From positions 134,243-198,242 of the forward strand of contig PKTM01000027.1 of NCBI GenBank assembly GCA_002869145.1: a stretch of 64,000 bases of DNA. The letters run 5' to 3'. The stretch comes from Denitrovibrio sp. GTDB lineage: Bacteria; Chrysiogenota; Deferribacteres; Deferribacterales; Geovibrionaceae. A model generated the notes under the pieces. The model was given only the letters and a program-made list of their open reading frames with translations. It was not told the origin of the DNA and ran no database searches. Positions 9,703 to 19,458 of the stretch are shown in pieces. A program made the translations under genes and the position numbers. Numbering within the stretch: the first letter of the stretch is position 1; each line of letters begins with the position of its first letter.

Positions 9703-10377
9703 TTAGGAAATAATTTCTGAATCCTTAATCCATTTAGTAATCATTCGGTATGATCTATTTATATCCATAAACTTATCTCTGTCTCCGTCATGATCCGGGT
9801 GATATTTTTTACAGAGTTCTCTGAAGCGAATCTTAATTGTTTTGATATTCTCATGTCCGGAAAGACCAAGTGTTGCATATGCATCATTTAGGCTGTACTC
9901 AGAGCTCAGCACTTCCCAAGCTCCAGATAAAAGACTTTCGGCACTTGCGCTATCCAGCTTGTCATAGTTTCTTGTATCGAGATAAAAGTATTTCTGAGAA
10001 AGGGACTCAAGCTTGTCGTCACCTAGCTGTTCAGTGTGAAGTTCGCAGTGTGATTGACCATCTGCAATCTCCTGGCAGCAGAATGACATAGTGTTTTCGT
10101 TAAAAAATGCACATGAATCTTCTGGATAGTTAAAGACTCCTGTGCGCATGAAATGAACATGCAGGTATTTTCCCTCTTTGATATATTCATTTTGAAGCAT
10201 ATATAGCTTATGAAAAAGTGCGAAGTGTATTCTGTAAAGATCAACAGCCTCCATCCCCATAATCTCTGTGCCGGGGAAGGCGGCTCTGAGCACCTTGCTT
10301 TCATAAACTGTATCGTTTTCTATAAGCTTTTTCAGTGCATCAATATCTAGTTTTTCTAATAGGTTTTCTAGGCTCAT
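9703..10377 (-). CDS. DnaJ-related protein with C-terminal J-domain
   Basis: The C-terminus DAYATLGLSGHENIKTIKIRFRELCKKYHPDHDGD is a J-domain with the HPD motif. The N-terminal region resembles the 'DNA-J related' domain. Confidence 0.65.
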   Translation of the reverse strand: MSLENLLEKLDIDALKKLIENDTVYESKVLRAAFPGTEIMGMEAVDLYRIHFALFHKLYMLQNEYIKEGKYLHVHFMRTGVFNYPEDSCAFFNENTMSFCCQEIADGQSHCELHTEQLGDDKLESLSQKYFYLDTRNYDKLDSASAESLLSGAWEVLSSEYSLNDAYATLGLSGHENIKTIKIRFRELCKKYHPDHDGDRDKFMDINRSYRMITKWIKDSEIIS

Positions 10378-10378
10378 T

Positions 10379-11035
10379 TCACTTATAGCAGGCCATTATT
10401 ACAAAATTAATATTCTTGTTGATGATATCTATTGAACGAAAACCTGCATCGTAAAGCATTACCATCTGTTCAGATATCTTATATGTAACATCTTTTTCTT
10501 TATGAAGAGGAATCCATTGATTATCAACGTCATCTGCCGGAATATTTGCCAGCATGTACTGTCGCCACATGTGCATATACAAAGATTCAGTGGTCTCGTT
10601 TTCACCTTTTACCATGTCAGCTGTGATGTAAACTCCAGGAGAATTTAGTGAGTTATATATTGTTTTATAAACGTTTTCCCGCTCCGGTCTTGTCTGTATG
10701 TTCTGCAAAGCCATAATAGATGTTATACAGTCGTAAGTTGTTTCAGGAGTAAAGTCTTCAGATCTGGACTGAATGAATTTTGCATCCACTTTGGTCTTTG
10801 CAATATTCAGCATTTTCTCTGATGAATCTACACATGTGATTTCTGCATCTTTGTGAAGCCTCCTTAAGGCAGCAGCAGTGTTTCCTGTTCCACAGCCTAC
10901 ATCCAGCAGTGTTTTTGGGTTGCCGGCCAGCACTGGTGATATGGTCATGAAAAAATCATACCCCGGCACAAGTTTTCTTATGAGTCCGTCATAATCTTCC
11001 GCATTAGAGTCGTACATACTGTTTATATCTGTCAT
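10379..11035 (-). CDS. class I SAM-dependent methyltransferase
   Basis: LLDVGCGTGN motif I. About 218 aa. In an operon with the J-domain protein and the tautomerase. Confidence 0.7.
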   Translation of the reverse strand: MTDINSMYDSNAEDYDGLIRKLVPGYDFFMTISPVLAGNPKTLLDVGCGTGNTAAALRRLHKDAEITCVDSSEKMLNIAKTKVDAKFIQSRSEDFTPETTYDCITSIMALQNIQTRPERENVYKTIYNSLNSPGVYITADMVKGENETTESLYMHMWRQYMLANIPADDVDNQWIPLHKEKDVTYKISEQMVMLYDAGFRSIDIINKNINFVIMACYK

Positions 11036-11235
11036 TTTTTCCTTATCTCCGTGATAGTTTTTCCGCCAATGCCATAGCTGTCTGTATCCACTTCTGTAAT
11101 GGTGACAACCATTGTTTTTTCTCCTCTACCGATAACATCTACAAAAACCTTTGTAAAGCCTTCTATAAGTTTAGCCTTTTGCTCTGGTGTTGCTCCTCCT
11201 TCTTCTTTTGTCATTGTCAGATTAAGTATTGGCAT
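11032..11235 (-). CDS. 4-oxalocrotonate tautomerase family protein
   Basis: 67 aa, begins MPI (Pro-1 catalytic residue). Typical tautomerase length. Confidence 0.65.
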   Translation of the reverse strand: MPILNLTMTKEEGGATPEQKAKLIEGFTKVFVDVIGRGEKTMVVTITEVDTDSYGIGGKTITEIRKK

Positions 11236-11259
11236 TACACTACTCCTTTTAAATTATTG

Positions 11260-12465
11260 TTATTCGTGGAAATTATGATTTCCTTTTTTTACTAAATATA
11301 TTAAAAATCCTCCGGCTGCCGCCGCAAAAGAGGCTATCATAACAGGTATTTGAAACCCTCCGGTAATATCAGCTGCATAACCTGCAACTAAAGGACCTAT
11401 AATCTGTCCTAAACTGAAAAAAACTGTCAGCACTGCTGTCGTTGTGCCCCCCGGACTGATCTGTCGGCCGTATGCAAGTGTCATGGAAACTATCCCGAGA
11501 AATGTGCCGCCATATCCCGCCGCACCCACCATAGTTATGAAAACTCCGTCAGATATTATAGGTGCTGCGATGGCAAATGTCTGCACTGCAAAAGCTGTGA
11601 TTATTGCATTTGCTATGCCTACTCTTCTGGCAAATACAGGCCATAGCGGAGTGATAAAAACAGCACCCAGTCCCGCTATTACCCATACATAGCCGGATAG
11701 CATAACAGAGCCTGTACCGCGAAGAACCATAACTGAAATGAATGTGCCTGTTATTATGTATGCAAACCCCTCCAGAAGATATGATGCGGAGAGTATATAA
11801 ATCAGTCTGTTTACGCTTTTGCTGACGGCAGGCGATGCTGTTTTAGCAACTGGTCTCGGAGTGAAATAGACAGCGAAAAAAGCGGGTATCAAGCTTAGTC
11901 CGGCAAGCCACAGCCATATCTCTGATGAATTGAAGTAATTAGACAATATAGGCACTGTAAGCCCTGAGAGCACCATACCTGCTCCTATACCGCTATATAT
12001 CATCCCCATCATCGAAGGCTTATTAACCCTTGCCAGATAATCCATTATAAACTCTGCGCTCATTACAAAAGCCACTGCGCTGAAAAAACCGGACAGAATC
12101 CTTGCCGCATACCACAAAGGGTACGAGGGGAAAAACATAAGAGCCACAAGTATTAGGTTAATTGGTATAGAGATTATAAAAAATCTGTAAGAGCTGTTAC
12201 TGCCGGAGAGGTATCTGGCATAGATTGCACCAAGCAGATAGCCCAGATAATTGATTGAAGCAAGTGCTCCTGACACAGTATCTGAAAACGAAAAATCTGT
12301 CTGCATAAGCGGCAGCACAGGGGTAAATGCAAATCTGGCAATCCCCATAGCTAAAAAGAGTGCGGAAGCTCCTCCGAGCAGTGCTAATAATATTTTCATA
12401 TTGATATTATAAGTTGCACTCAAACTAATAGAAACATAAATGATGAAATATTGACAATTTATCAT
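11260..12465 (-). CDS. MFS transporter (YbfB/YjiJ-like); true start possibly at internal Met (12399)
   Basis: About 12 TM helices with MFS glycine-rich loops. The N-terminal 22 aa of the track ORF are Cys/Tyr-rich and not signal-like. Confidence 0.65.
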   Translation of the reverse strand: MINCQYFIIYVSISLSATYNINMKILLALLGGASALFLAMGIARFAFTPVLPLMQTDFSFSDTVSGALASINYLGYLLGAIYARYLSGSNSSYRFFIISIPINLILVALMFFPSYPLWYAARILSGFFSAVAFVMSAEFIMDYLARVNKPSMMGMIYSGIGAGMVLSGLTVPILSNYFNSSEIWLWLAGLSLIPAFFAVYFTPRPVAKTASPAVSKSVNRLIYILSASYLLEGFAYIITGTFISVMVLRGTGSVMLSGYVWVIAGLGAVFITPLWPVFARRVGIANAIITAFAVQTFAIAAPIISDGVFITMVGAAGYGGTFLGIVSMTLAYGRQISPGGTTTAVLTVFFSLGQIIGPLVAGYAADITGGFQIPVMIASFAAAAGGFLIYLVKKGNHNFHE

Positions 12466-12608
12466 ATTAAGTATAATTATGGATAATTAAGGAGATTTTT
12501 TGAAAACCATATCTATGTTCCTAGCTATTGCTTCCGCCCTGTGATCTGCTTTTAGCATTTCACAGGCTTAATATCACTTTCAAAGTAATATTAGGAGGCA
12601 TCAAAATA

Positions 12609-13610
12609 ATGGAAAGATCTAACGGACGTATTACATTTGCGTCTTCAAACAGCTATACAGTTTTGTCTGAATGCGGTTCAGAGTATTTCTCTGTATTATC
12701 AGGCCGTTTCGATATTGATATCTATGGTTTGCCCGCAGTGGGAGACTATGTAGAATTTCAAATGAACGAATCGGGACAAAGCATAATAGAAGCTATACTC
12801 CCTAGAAGCGGGGTAGTTAGCAGGCGTTCAGCAGGACGAAAATCTTCAGAGAGCATTCTGGCAGCAAACGTGGATTATATGCTGATAGTGAACGCTCTGG
12901 ACAGTACTTTCAGCAAAAAACGCATCGAGCGTTTTCTTGTTCTTGCAAAGTCTGGTGGTGTGACGCCAGTCATTATTCTTTCAAAAGCTGACATCTGCGA
13001 CCCTATTAATCTTGCTATATATCTGTTAGAAGCCGAAGAGGCTGCGAAAGAAGTGCAGATAATAGAGCTCAGCTCTATAACAGGCTCAGGTATTGAAAAA
13101 GTAGAGGCGCTTTTGCAGAAAGGTGTTACAGCTTGTGCTGTTGGGCTCTCTGGTGCAGGCAAATCAACACTGCTGAACAGGATGATAGGCTCTGAGGTCA
13201 GGGGCGTATCTGAGGTTCGTGGTTTTGATAATAAAGGCAAACACTGCTCCACCAGCAGAGAGCTTTTTAAACTTAAGACCGGAGCCAGTTTTATAGACAC
13301 TCCAGGAATCAGAGAAGTAGGACTAACCGGTGATACAGAAGCTGTTGAGACAGTTTTTGATGATGTTACATCCTTCGGGGCTGATTGCTTCTTTGCGAAT
13401 TGCACCCATGCTCACGAGCCTTTGTGCGCTGTTATAGAGGCTGTAAGGTCTGGCAAATTAGATGAAGCCAGATATAACAGCTATCTGAAGCTGCGAAAAG
13501 AGAGCGAAAATTTTCGCCAAAGAACGGAAAGCCCTCAAGAGAAGAAGAGGGCAGATAAAAGGCTCAGCAGGCTTGTGAGGTCTGAGGGTAAAAGAAAGAA
13601 AAAGTTTTAG
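12609..13610 (+). CDS. rsgA: ribosome small-subunit-dependent GTPase A
   Basis: Circularly permuted GTPase (G4-like VIILSKADICD before the P-loop GLSGAGKSTLLN, followed by DTPGIRE) with a C-terminal Zn site CxHxxEPxC. A GGAGG RBS precedes the ATG at 12609. Confidence 0.85.
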   Translation: MERSNGRITFASSNSYTVLSECGSEYFSVLSGRFDIDIYGLPAVGDYVEFQMNESGQSIIEAILPRSGVVSRRSAGRKSSESILAANVDYMLIVNALDSTFSKKRIERFLVLAKSGGVTPVIILSKADICDPINLAIYLLEAEEAAKEVQIIELSSITGSGIEKVEALLQKGVTACAVGLSGAGKSTLLNRMIGSEVRGVSEVRGFDNKGKHCSTSRELFKLKTGASFIDTPGIREVGLTGDTEAVETVFDDVTSFGADCFFANCTHAHEPLCAVIEAVRSGKLDEARYNSYLKLRKESENFRQRTESPQEKKRADKRLSRLVRSEGKRKKKF

Positions 13611-13730
13611 AACTTACCAGTTGCAATTAAATAAGACTAGTCGTATCTTTTTATAATTATAGAGGAGATTTGTAGATAATTCGTTTGCAAATCTTCTCTG
13701 TTTGTGGCTTATTTATATAAGGAGATGCTT

Positions 13731-14378
13731 ATGACAGTAAAAGACCCTGTAAGCGGCTATTCGCATTTAGCTGGAGCTGTTCTCTCTATAGCTGCTCTTG
13801 TTACGCTTATTAATATTTCTGTGACTAACTCATCAGCATGGCACATAGTGTCGTTTTCTATATATGGCGTAAGCATGTTTCTGCTTTATCTCGCTAGCTC
13901 ATTGTATCACCTGATTCCTTTGCAAGAGAAGGGTACAAAGCGTTTGAAAAGATTCGATCATGTGATGATATTTATGATGATTGCCGGAACCTATACACCT
14001 TTTTGTCTTGTTCCTCTGCGTGGGGCTTGGGGTTGGAGCATATTTGGTGTTGTGTGGGGTATAGCTGCTTTGGGTATAGCTTTTAAGCTGTTTTTCATAC
14101 ATGCATCAAGATGGTATTCCACTGCTCTTTATGTGCTTATGGGGTGGATATGTATTGTTGCTATATACCCTATTGTACAGAAGGTTCCTGTAGGCGGCGT
14201 TTTTTGGTTAGCAGCCGGAGGTGTTAGCTACACAGTTGGCGCTGTCATATATGCTATGAAAAAGCCTAACCCTTTGCCGGGAGTCTTTGGTTTTCATGAG
14301 ATATGGCATTTTTTCGTTCTGGGCGGGAGTTTTTGCCACTTTATAGTTATGATAAAATATCTGGTCTGGATAAAATAA
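13731..14378 (+). CDS. hemolysin III / PAQR family membrane protein
   Basis: 7-TM protein with SGYSHLAG, FDHVMIF and HEIWHFFVL motifs. Confidence 0.75.
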   Translation: MTVKDPVSGYSHLAGAVLSIAALVTLINISVTNSSAWHIVSFSIYGVSMFLLYLASSLYHLIPLQEKGTKRLKRFDHVMIFMMIAGTYTPFCLVPLRGAWGWSIFGVVWGIAALGIAFKLFFIHASRWYSTALYVLMGWICIVAIYPIVQKVPVGGVFWLAAGGVSYTVGAVIYAMKKPNPLPGVFGFHEIWHFFVLGGSFCHFIVMIKYLVWIK

Positions 14379-14936
14379 TTATCTGCCGAGCATAGCTTCT
14401 TTGAGCTTTTTATCTGCCGGTCTTTCACCAAGCCAGACACTGAAAAGTGATTTTTTAAAATCCAAGCCTTTTACCGTCCCTCTTCGTTCACCGTTTATGA
14501 TAAGACTGGTTCCTTTTCCAGGTTCATATGAAATGTCGTATATGTCTCCAGATTTTGCTTCTTCTGTGAACCATGACGTGAGGGTGTTTATCCTTTCCTG
14601 AAGCGGCTGAATATCGGGTGTATTTGCCTGAAAGCCTTCTGTCCATGTTTCTTTCATTTTTTCTGGTGAGATGCCATTGTATATCATAACCATTCTGATA
14701 GTCATTGGTTCATCAGTTTCAATAATTTTGTGTTCATCGGTCTCTTTCTGGACAAGGTAAAGACCTGCGGCATAGACCTTTATTACGAATTTTTTTCTTA
14801 AGCCTGCGCCGTTAAGACGAAGCTCTGAACTTTCAGATTGGAAGGTGTCTTGAAATATGATGCCAGACGTGTTTGAGGACGCAAATACTGTTATAGCGAA
14901 GATAAAAAGGGATATTGCAGCAAGTAATTTATACAT
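14379..14936 (-). CDS. chalcone isomerase-like domain protein, secreted
   Basis: Signal peptide. KFVIKVYAAGLYL and other chalcone-isomerase-like fold motifs. Confidence 0.55.
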   Translation of the reverse strand: MYKLLAAISLFIFAITVFASSNTSGIIFQDTFQSESSELRLNGAGLRKKFVIKVYAAGLYLVQKETDEHKIIETDEPMTIRMVMIYNGISPEKMKETWTEGFQANTPDIQPLQERINTLTSWFTEEAKSGDIYDISYEPGKGTSLIINGERRGTVKGLDFKKSLFSVWLGERPADKKLKEAMLGR

Positions 14937-15223
14937 TATGCCTCCACTGCAATAGACTTGCCTTTAACAGAGGCTATCCTGAGCGGGGCGATTTTTTTAT
15001 ACTCATCAGACTCAAAACAATCATCAAAGGCTTTCATGTCTGGAAACTCTATAATTACTATCCTGTCCGGATTCCAGTCTCCGCTCATTGACCGGACTTT
15101 AGTAGAAGAGGCTAAATATTTACCGCCGTAAGAGGTAATGATCTCCTTCGCCTTCATCTTGTACTCAGTATAGATATCCTCATCTAAACACTCTAATGTT
15201 TCTATGATCATATAAACAGACAT
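14936..15223 (-). CDS. DUF1330-like small protein
   Basis: 95 aa, resembles the DUF1330 family. Stop/start overlaps the upstream gene. Confidence 0.45.
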   Translation of the reverse strand: MSVYMIIETLECLDEDIYTEYKMKAKEIITSYGGKYLASSTKVRSMSGDWNPDRIVIIEFPDMKAFDDCFESDEYKKIAPLRIASVKGKSIAVEA

Positions 15224-15356
15224 GACATCACCAAAATAAAAATAGTATTATCTTTTTATAAGTTAACTAGTAACTTTAGCATAAAATACTAAATATGTTT
15301 ACTACTAATTTATGTGGTGAGCCCGCATAGGGTAAAGACTCTCCTTTTAAACCGTT

Positions 15357-15773
15357 TTATTTGTACGGTTCAAAAGGGATTCCGTTTCTAGAGGCTTTTG
15401 TAACTCCGCCTTGTAGGTTTATAACGTTTTTGTATCCAATTTCTTTCAGCAATTTAGTTACAGTTGTTGTCCTGTTGCCTGTTCTGCAAATAAGCCCAAA
15501 GCGTTCCTGTGGGCTTACAATTTTATTTAATTTACTGAGGAAGTCCTTAACATCATAGTTACCTTTTTCGTCAAAGAAAGTAATGGTGTAAGACCCTTTT
15601 ACTATTCCTGTCTGTTTCCATTCGGGTTCGGTTCTGATGTCAATTATCTTTATGTCTGACTTGTAAAGGGATTTTGTAAGCTCTTTTTCTCCACCTTTGT
15701 TTGATGGCATGAAAGCGTATGCTGTTAAAGCGGCTATAATCACAACTATTAAATATATCAATTTGGTTCTCAT
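15357..15773 (-). CDS. rhodanese-domain sulfurtransferase, exported
   Basis: Signal peptide. Active-site loop CRTGNRT. Confidence 0.7.
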   Translation of the reverse strand: MRTKLIYLIVVIIAALTAYAFMPSNKGGEKELTKSLYKSDIKIIDIRTEPEWKQTGIVKGSYTITFFDEKGNYDVKDFLSKLNKIVSPQERFGLICRTGNRTTTVTKLLKEIGYKNVINLQGGVTKASRNGIPFEPYK

Positions 15774-15892
15774 TGTTATCTCCTTGATTTTTGTTATAAT
15801 ATACTAAATATCTGTGCAGTTATATTATTATGGTAGATATGTATATGATATCTTCAATAATATAAAGATAAAATTTTATCGCGAGGTTTTTC

Positions 15893-17155
15893 TTGTTAAA
15901 AAATCTTGATTTTCTCCGAAACACAAAAGTGCGTATATTAGTTATTGATACTTCACAAGAGAATTCTGAAGCTGTTAGTCAGCTTTTGACTGATAATGGT
16001 TTTTTTGTAAAAGTGTCAACCAATGGCGAAAACGGTATAGCTTCTGCCAGAAAATTATTGCCTGATATTATAATAATAAACATTGAGATGTCTGACATTG
16101 AAGGGTGCGAGGTTTGCAGCAGAATAAAAGATGACAGTAAAACAAAAGATATTCCAGTGATATTTATCACAGCTAAAACAGCCCGTCAGGATATTATGAA
16201 TATTTTTGAGGCCGGAGCTGTAGACTATGTTATCGAGCCTGTTGTTCAGGAAGAGCTTCTGATAAAAGTGAATAGGCACTCACAGCTTGCATCTGCATTT
16301 CGCAAAGAAAAGCAACTTTTAGACATTGTAGATAATTATGTTTTAGAATTAATAATTGATATTGAAGGCGACATACGGCAGGTTAGCTCAGTTTTTCTGA
16401 ATCTAACTGGTTATGAAGAAGAAGAGATTATAGGCAATAGTTTCAGAAGCCTGAAGCATCCTGATAATTTTCGTTCTGAGCTTTCAGATATGCTCGATTC
16501 TGTTAAAAACAATTATGCGTATTACAAAGAGATTATAATAGCTACAAAAGATAAACAAAAATGCTTTCTGAAGATGTATGTTGACCCTATCAAAAGTGTT
16601 GATGGTAAAGTGACTGGAGCTCACTGCTTTATGACTGATGTGACAAGTAAAAAGGAACTAGAGCATCTTTCCATTACAGATAAACTCACAGGTCTGAACA
16701 ATAGACAAAAGCTTGATCAGGTTTTGCAGTATGAATATTCACAATCCCAAAGATACGGATCAGTATTTTCTATTATCCTTCTTGACCTTGACGATTTCAA
16801 ACAGGTTAATAACAATCACGGTCACCTTGTGGGCGACAATGTTCTTATAAAACTTGCTGATATACTTAGAGCAAATGTTCGTGACAGCGATACTGTGGGC
16901 AGATGGGGCGGTGAGGAATTTCTTGTAGTAGTCACTAAAGCCTCAGAACAAGAGACAAAACTTGTGGCTGAGAAGCTGCGCTTAGAAATTGAAAGTGAAA
17001 ATTTTAACATAAGCACGCCTGTTACTGCAAGCATGGGTGTCTGCAGCAATAATGGAGATACGGCATTCAATGACATGCTTTCTTTAGCAGATAGGGCTCT
17101 CTATCAGTCCAAAAGAAAAGGTAAAAACAGAATCATATCTGCTTCTGAGCTGTAA
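15893..17155 (+). CDS. response regulator receiver-PAS-GGDEF diguanylate cyclase
   Basis: REC domain (RILVID ... D ... K), a PAS region, and a GGEEF active site with an RxxD I-site. Confidence 0.8.
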   Translation: MLKNLDFLRNTKVRILVIDTSQENSEAVSQLLTDNGFFVKVSTNGENGIASARKLLPDIIIINIEMSDIEGCEVCSRIKDDSKTKDIPVIFITAKTARQDIMNIFEAGAVDYVIEPVVQEELLIKVNRHSQLASAFRKEKQLLDIVDNYVLELIIDIEGDIRQVSSVFLNLTGYEEEEIIGNSFRSLKHPDNFRSELSDMLDSVKNNYAYYKEIIIATKDKQKCFLKMYVDPIKSVDGKVTGAHCFMTDVTSKKELEHLSITDKLTGLNNRQKLDQVLQYEYSQSQRYGSVFSIILLDLDDFKQVNNNHGHLVGDNVLIKLADILRANVRDSDTVGRWGGEEFLVVVTKASEQETKLVAEKLRLEIESENFNISTPVTASMGVCSNNGDTAFNDMLSLADRALYQSKRKGKNRIISASEL

Positions 17156-17322
17156 ATTTATAATATAGTTTTTGTCCGCAACAGCGAAGGCAAACGTTTT
17201 TTTACTGGAAATGCTCGCTCAAAAACAGTAAATAAATTGCTTCAAATAAATATTTTCCTTTTCAAACAGAAAAAGCCGTACTATAATAAGACATAATTAA
17301 TCTTTTAAAACAGGAGAGTTAA

Positions 17323-17817
17323 ATGGAAAGAAATGGTGCAGTTACAATGAAAGGTAATCCTTTGACACTGGTAGGTGCAGAGGTTAAGGTGGGCGATAAA
17401 GCTCCGGGCTTTACAGTGGTAAATCAGGCACTTCAGCCTGTTACACTTGCTGATTATGCAGGGAAAACAGTTGTTATAAGTGTGACTCCTTCGCTGGATA
17501 CACCTGTGTGTTACTTTCAGCTTAGAAAATTTAATGCAGATCTTGGCGGTAAGGATGTGGCTGTTTTAAACATCAGCATGGATTTGCCTTTTGCTATCAA
17601 AAGATTCTGCGCACTTGCAGAGATTGAGAATGCTGTTGGTCTCAGCGACCACAAGGACGCATCTTTTGGAGAAGCTTATGGAGTTCTCATCAAAGAACTC
17701 AGGCTTTTGGCTAGGGCTGTATTTGTTGTGCAAGACGGCGTGGTTACATATGCAGAAGTTGTTCCAGAGGCAACAGATGCTCCAAATTATGATAAGCTTC
17801 TCGCATTTATTGGATAA
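17323..17817 (+). CDS. tpx: thiol peroxidase (atypical 2-Cys peroxiredoxin)
   Basis: Full-length alignment to Tpx (GNPLTLVG..., peroxidatic Cys in SLDTPVC, resolving Cys in FCAL). Confidence 0.85.
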   Translation: MERNGAVTMKGNPLTLVGAEVKVGDKAPGFTVVNQALQPVTLADYAGKTVVISVTPSLDTPVCYFQLRKFNADLGGKDVAVLNISMDLPFAIKRFCALAEIENAVGLSDHKDASFGEAYGVLIKELRLLARAVFVVQDGVVTYAEVVPEATDAPNYDKLLAFIG

Positions 17818-17824
17818 TAAATAA

Positions 17825-17847
17825 AGGGGGTTCACGCCCCCTTTTTT
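17825..17847 (+). terminator. rho-independent terminator after tpx
   Basis: GGGGGttcacgCCCCC followed by T6. Confidence 0.7.
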
Positions 17848-18050
17848 AACTTGTAAGGTTTTATTTAGTTCACCAATTATCTTTTTTTCTTAAACACCTG
17901 TTAATGTATTTCAAAATAACAATTCTTGATTGTATCTATATATCCACAGAACTGCACTGGAAGAAATGAGTCAATTCATAAGCATATTTCTGGTACATAT
18001 GTAATATATATGATAATATTTGTATCTGAAAATGAAATATTGAGGGGTAT

Positions 18051-18818
18051 TTGATGATAAAAATAGGTATTATAGGTGGCTCAGGGCTGGATAATCCTGA
18101 TATCCTGAAAAATCCCAGTCATCTTGAAGTAAAAACACCTTACGGCGACCCATCTTCTCCGCTTACCTGCGGTGACATAAGCGGTGTTCCTGTAGCTATA
18201 CTTGCAAGACACGGCAAAAATCACTCGATATATCCTTCTGGTGTTAATTTCCGGGCAAATATCTCAGCACTCAAAGAGTATGGCTGCACACATATTCTTG
18301 CAGCTACTGCTGTTGGCTCACTTAGGGAAGAAATTGAACCGGGTCATCTTGTTTTCCCGTCTCAGTTTATTGATTTTACCAGAAAAAGAGAAGTAACTTT
18401 CCACGATAAAGGCGAGGTGGTGCACACTCCTATGGCTCACCCTTTCTGTCCTAACCTTAGAGCTTTATACGCTGAATCTGCAAAGTCTCTTGGGTTAGAT
18501 TATCACGATAACAAAACAGTCATAACCATAGAAGGCCCAAGGTTTTCCACTCAGGCTGAAAGTCATATGTTTAGAGGGTTCGGTGCAGATATTATAAATA
18601 TGAGCACTGTTCCAGAGGTAATACTTGCTCGTGAGCTAAACATGCACTACGCTTCTGTTGCCATGTCTACAGACTACGACTGCTGGCGTGAAGAGGAGGA
18701 GCCTGTTACATGGGAGATGATCCTCAACACTATGAAAAACAATGCCGATAAAGTCATAAATCTATTTACAAATGTTATACCTAAAGTCGCTGAATACAGC
18801 GATGTTTGTAAAGGTTAA
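18051..18818 (+). CDS. mtaP: S-methyl-5'-thioadenosine phosphorylase
   Basis: IGIIGGSGL ... MAHPFC ... NMS(T) regions typical of MTAP/PNP-family MTA phosphorylase. Confidence 0.8.
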   Translation: MMIKIGIIGGSGLDNPDILKNPSHLEVKTPYGDPSSPLTCGDISGVPVAILARHGKNHSIYPSGVNFRANISALKEYGCTHILAATAVGSLREEIEPGHLVFPSQFIDFTRKREVTFHDKGEVVHTPMAHPFCPNLRALYAESAKSLGLDYHDNKTVITIEGPRFSTQAESHMFRGFGADIINMSTVPEVILARELNMHYASVAMSTDYDCWREEEEPVTWEMILNTMKNNADKVINLFTNVIPKVAEYSDVCKG

Positions 18819-18830
18819 AAGGAGCTTATA

Positions 18831-19364
18831 ATGCCGATTAAAGGGATGATAAGAACTATAGTTGATTATCCGAAGAAAGGGATAATGTTCAGAGATATAA
18901 CCACACTGCTGAAAGACCCTCTGGGCTTTAAACTTGTTATTGATAGTTTTACAGAAAAATACAAAAACGCAGAAAGACCTTTTGATATTATAGTTGGTAT
19001 CGAAGCCAGAGGTTTTATCATAGGCGGTGCATTGTCGTATACTCTTGGTAAAGGTTTTATCCCTATTAGAAAGCCGGGAAAACTCCCTAGTGAGACAGTA
19101 TGTCAGGAGTACACTCTAGAGTATGGTGTGGACACTATGGAGATACATATAGATGCATTCGACAAAGGGGCCAGAGTGCTTATCGTTGATTATCTGCTGG
19201 CTACTGGAGGAACCGCCGCCGCCGCTGCTGCACTTGTAGAGAAGCTGGGCGGGATTGTTGCAGAGATGGCATTTATTGTGAACCTTCCAGATATAGGCGG
19301 AGAGAAAAAACTCAATGATCTCGGTTACGCCACTCATTCATTAACTGAGTTTGAAGGGGAGTAA
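18831..19364 (+). CDS. apt: adenine phosphoribosyltransferase
   Basis: PRPP-binding motif VLIVDYLLATGGT. Typical Apt length. Confidence 0.85.
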   Translation: MPIKGMIRTIVDYPKKGIMFRDITTLLKDPLGFKLVIDSFTEKYKNAERPFDIIVGIEARGFIIGGALSYTLGKGFIPIRKPGKLPSETVCQEYTLEYGVDTMEIHIDAFDKGARVLIVDYLLATGGTAAAAAALVEKLGGIVAEMAFIVNLPDIGGEKKLNDLGYATHSLTEFEGE

Positions 19365-19458
19365 GCCAGAGTTTTTAAAATATTACACGATATAGTGAAG
19401 TATATTTGTTATTTTATAGAATTTGTTTTTTTGCAAAGATAGTTTATAATTAATTATT

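Noticed and set aside
12875-13405. 176-aa minus-strand ORF inside rsgA
   Set aside because: Antisense to a conserved GTPase gene. Ser/Thr/Pro-rich, typical of a reverse-frame artefact.
17850-18050. Possible SAM/MTA riboswitch upstream of mtaP
   Set aside because: No match by eye to SAM-I/II conserved helices or the kink-turn. The region is simply AT-rich promoter DNA.
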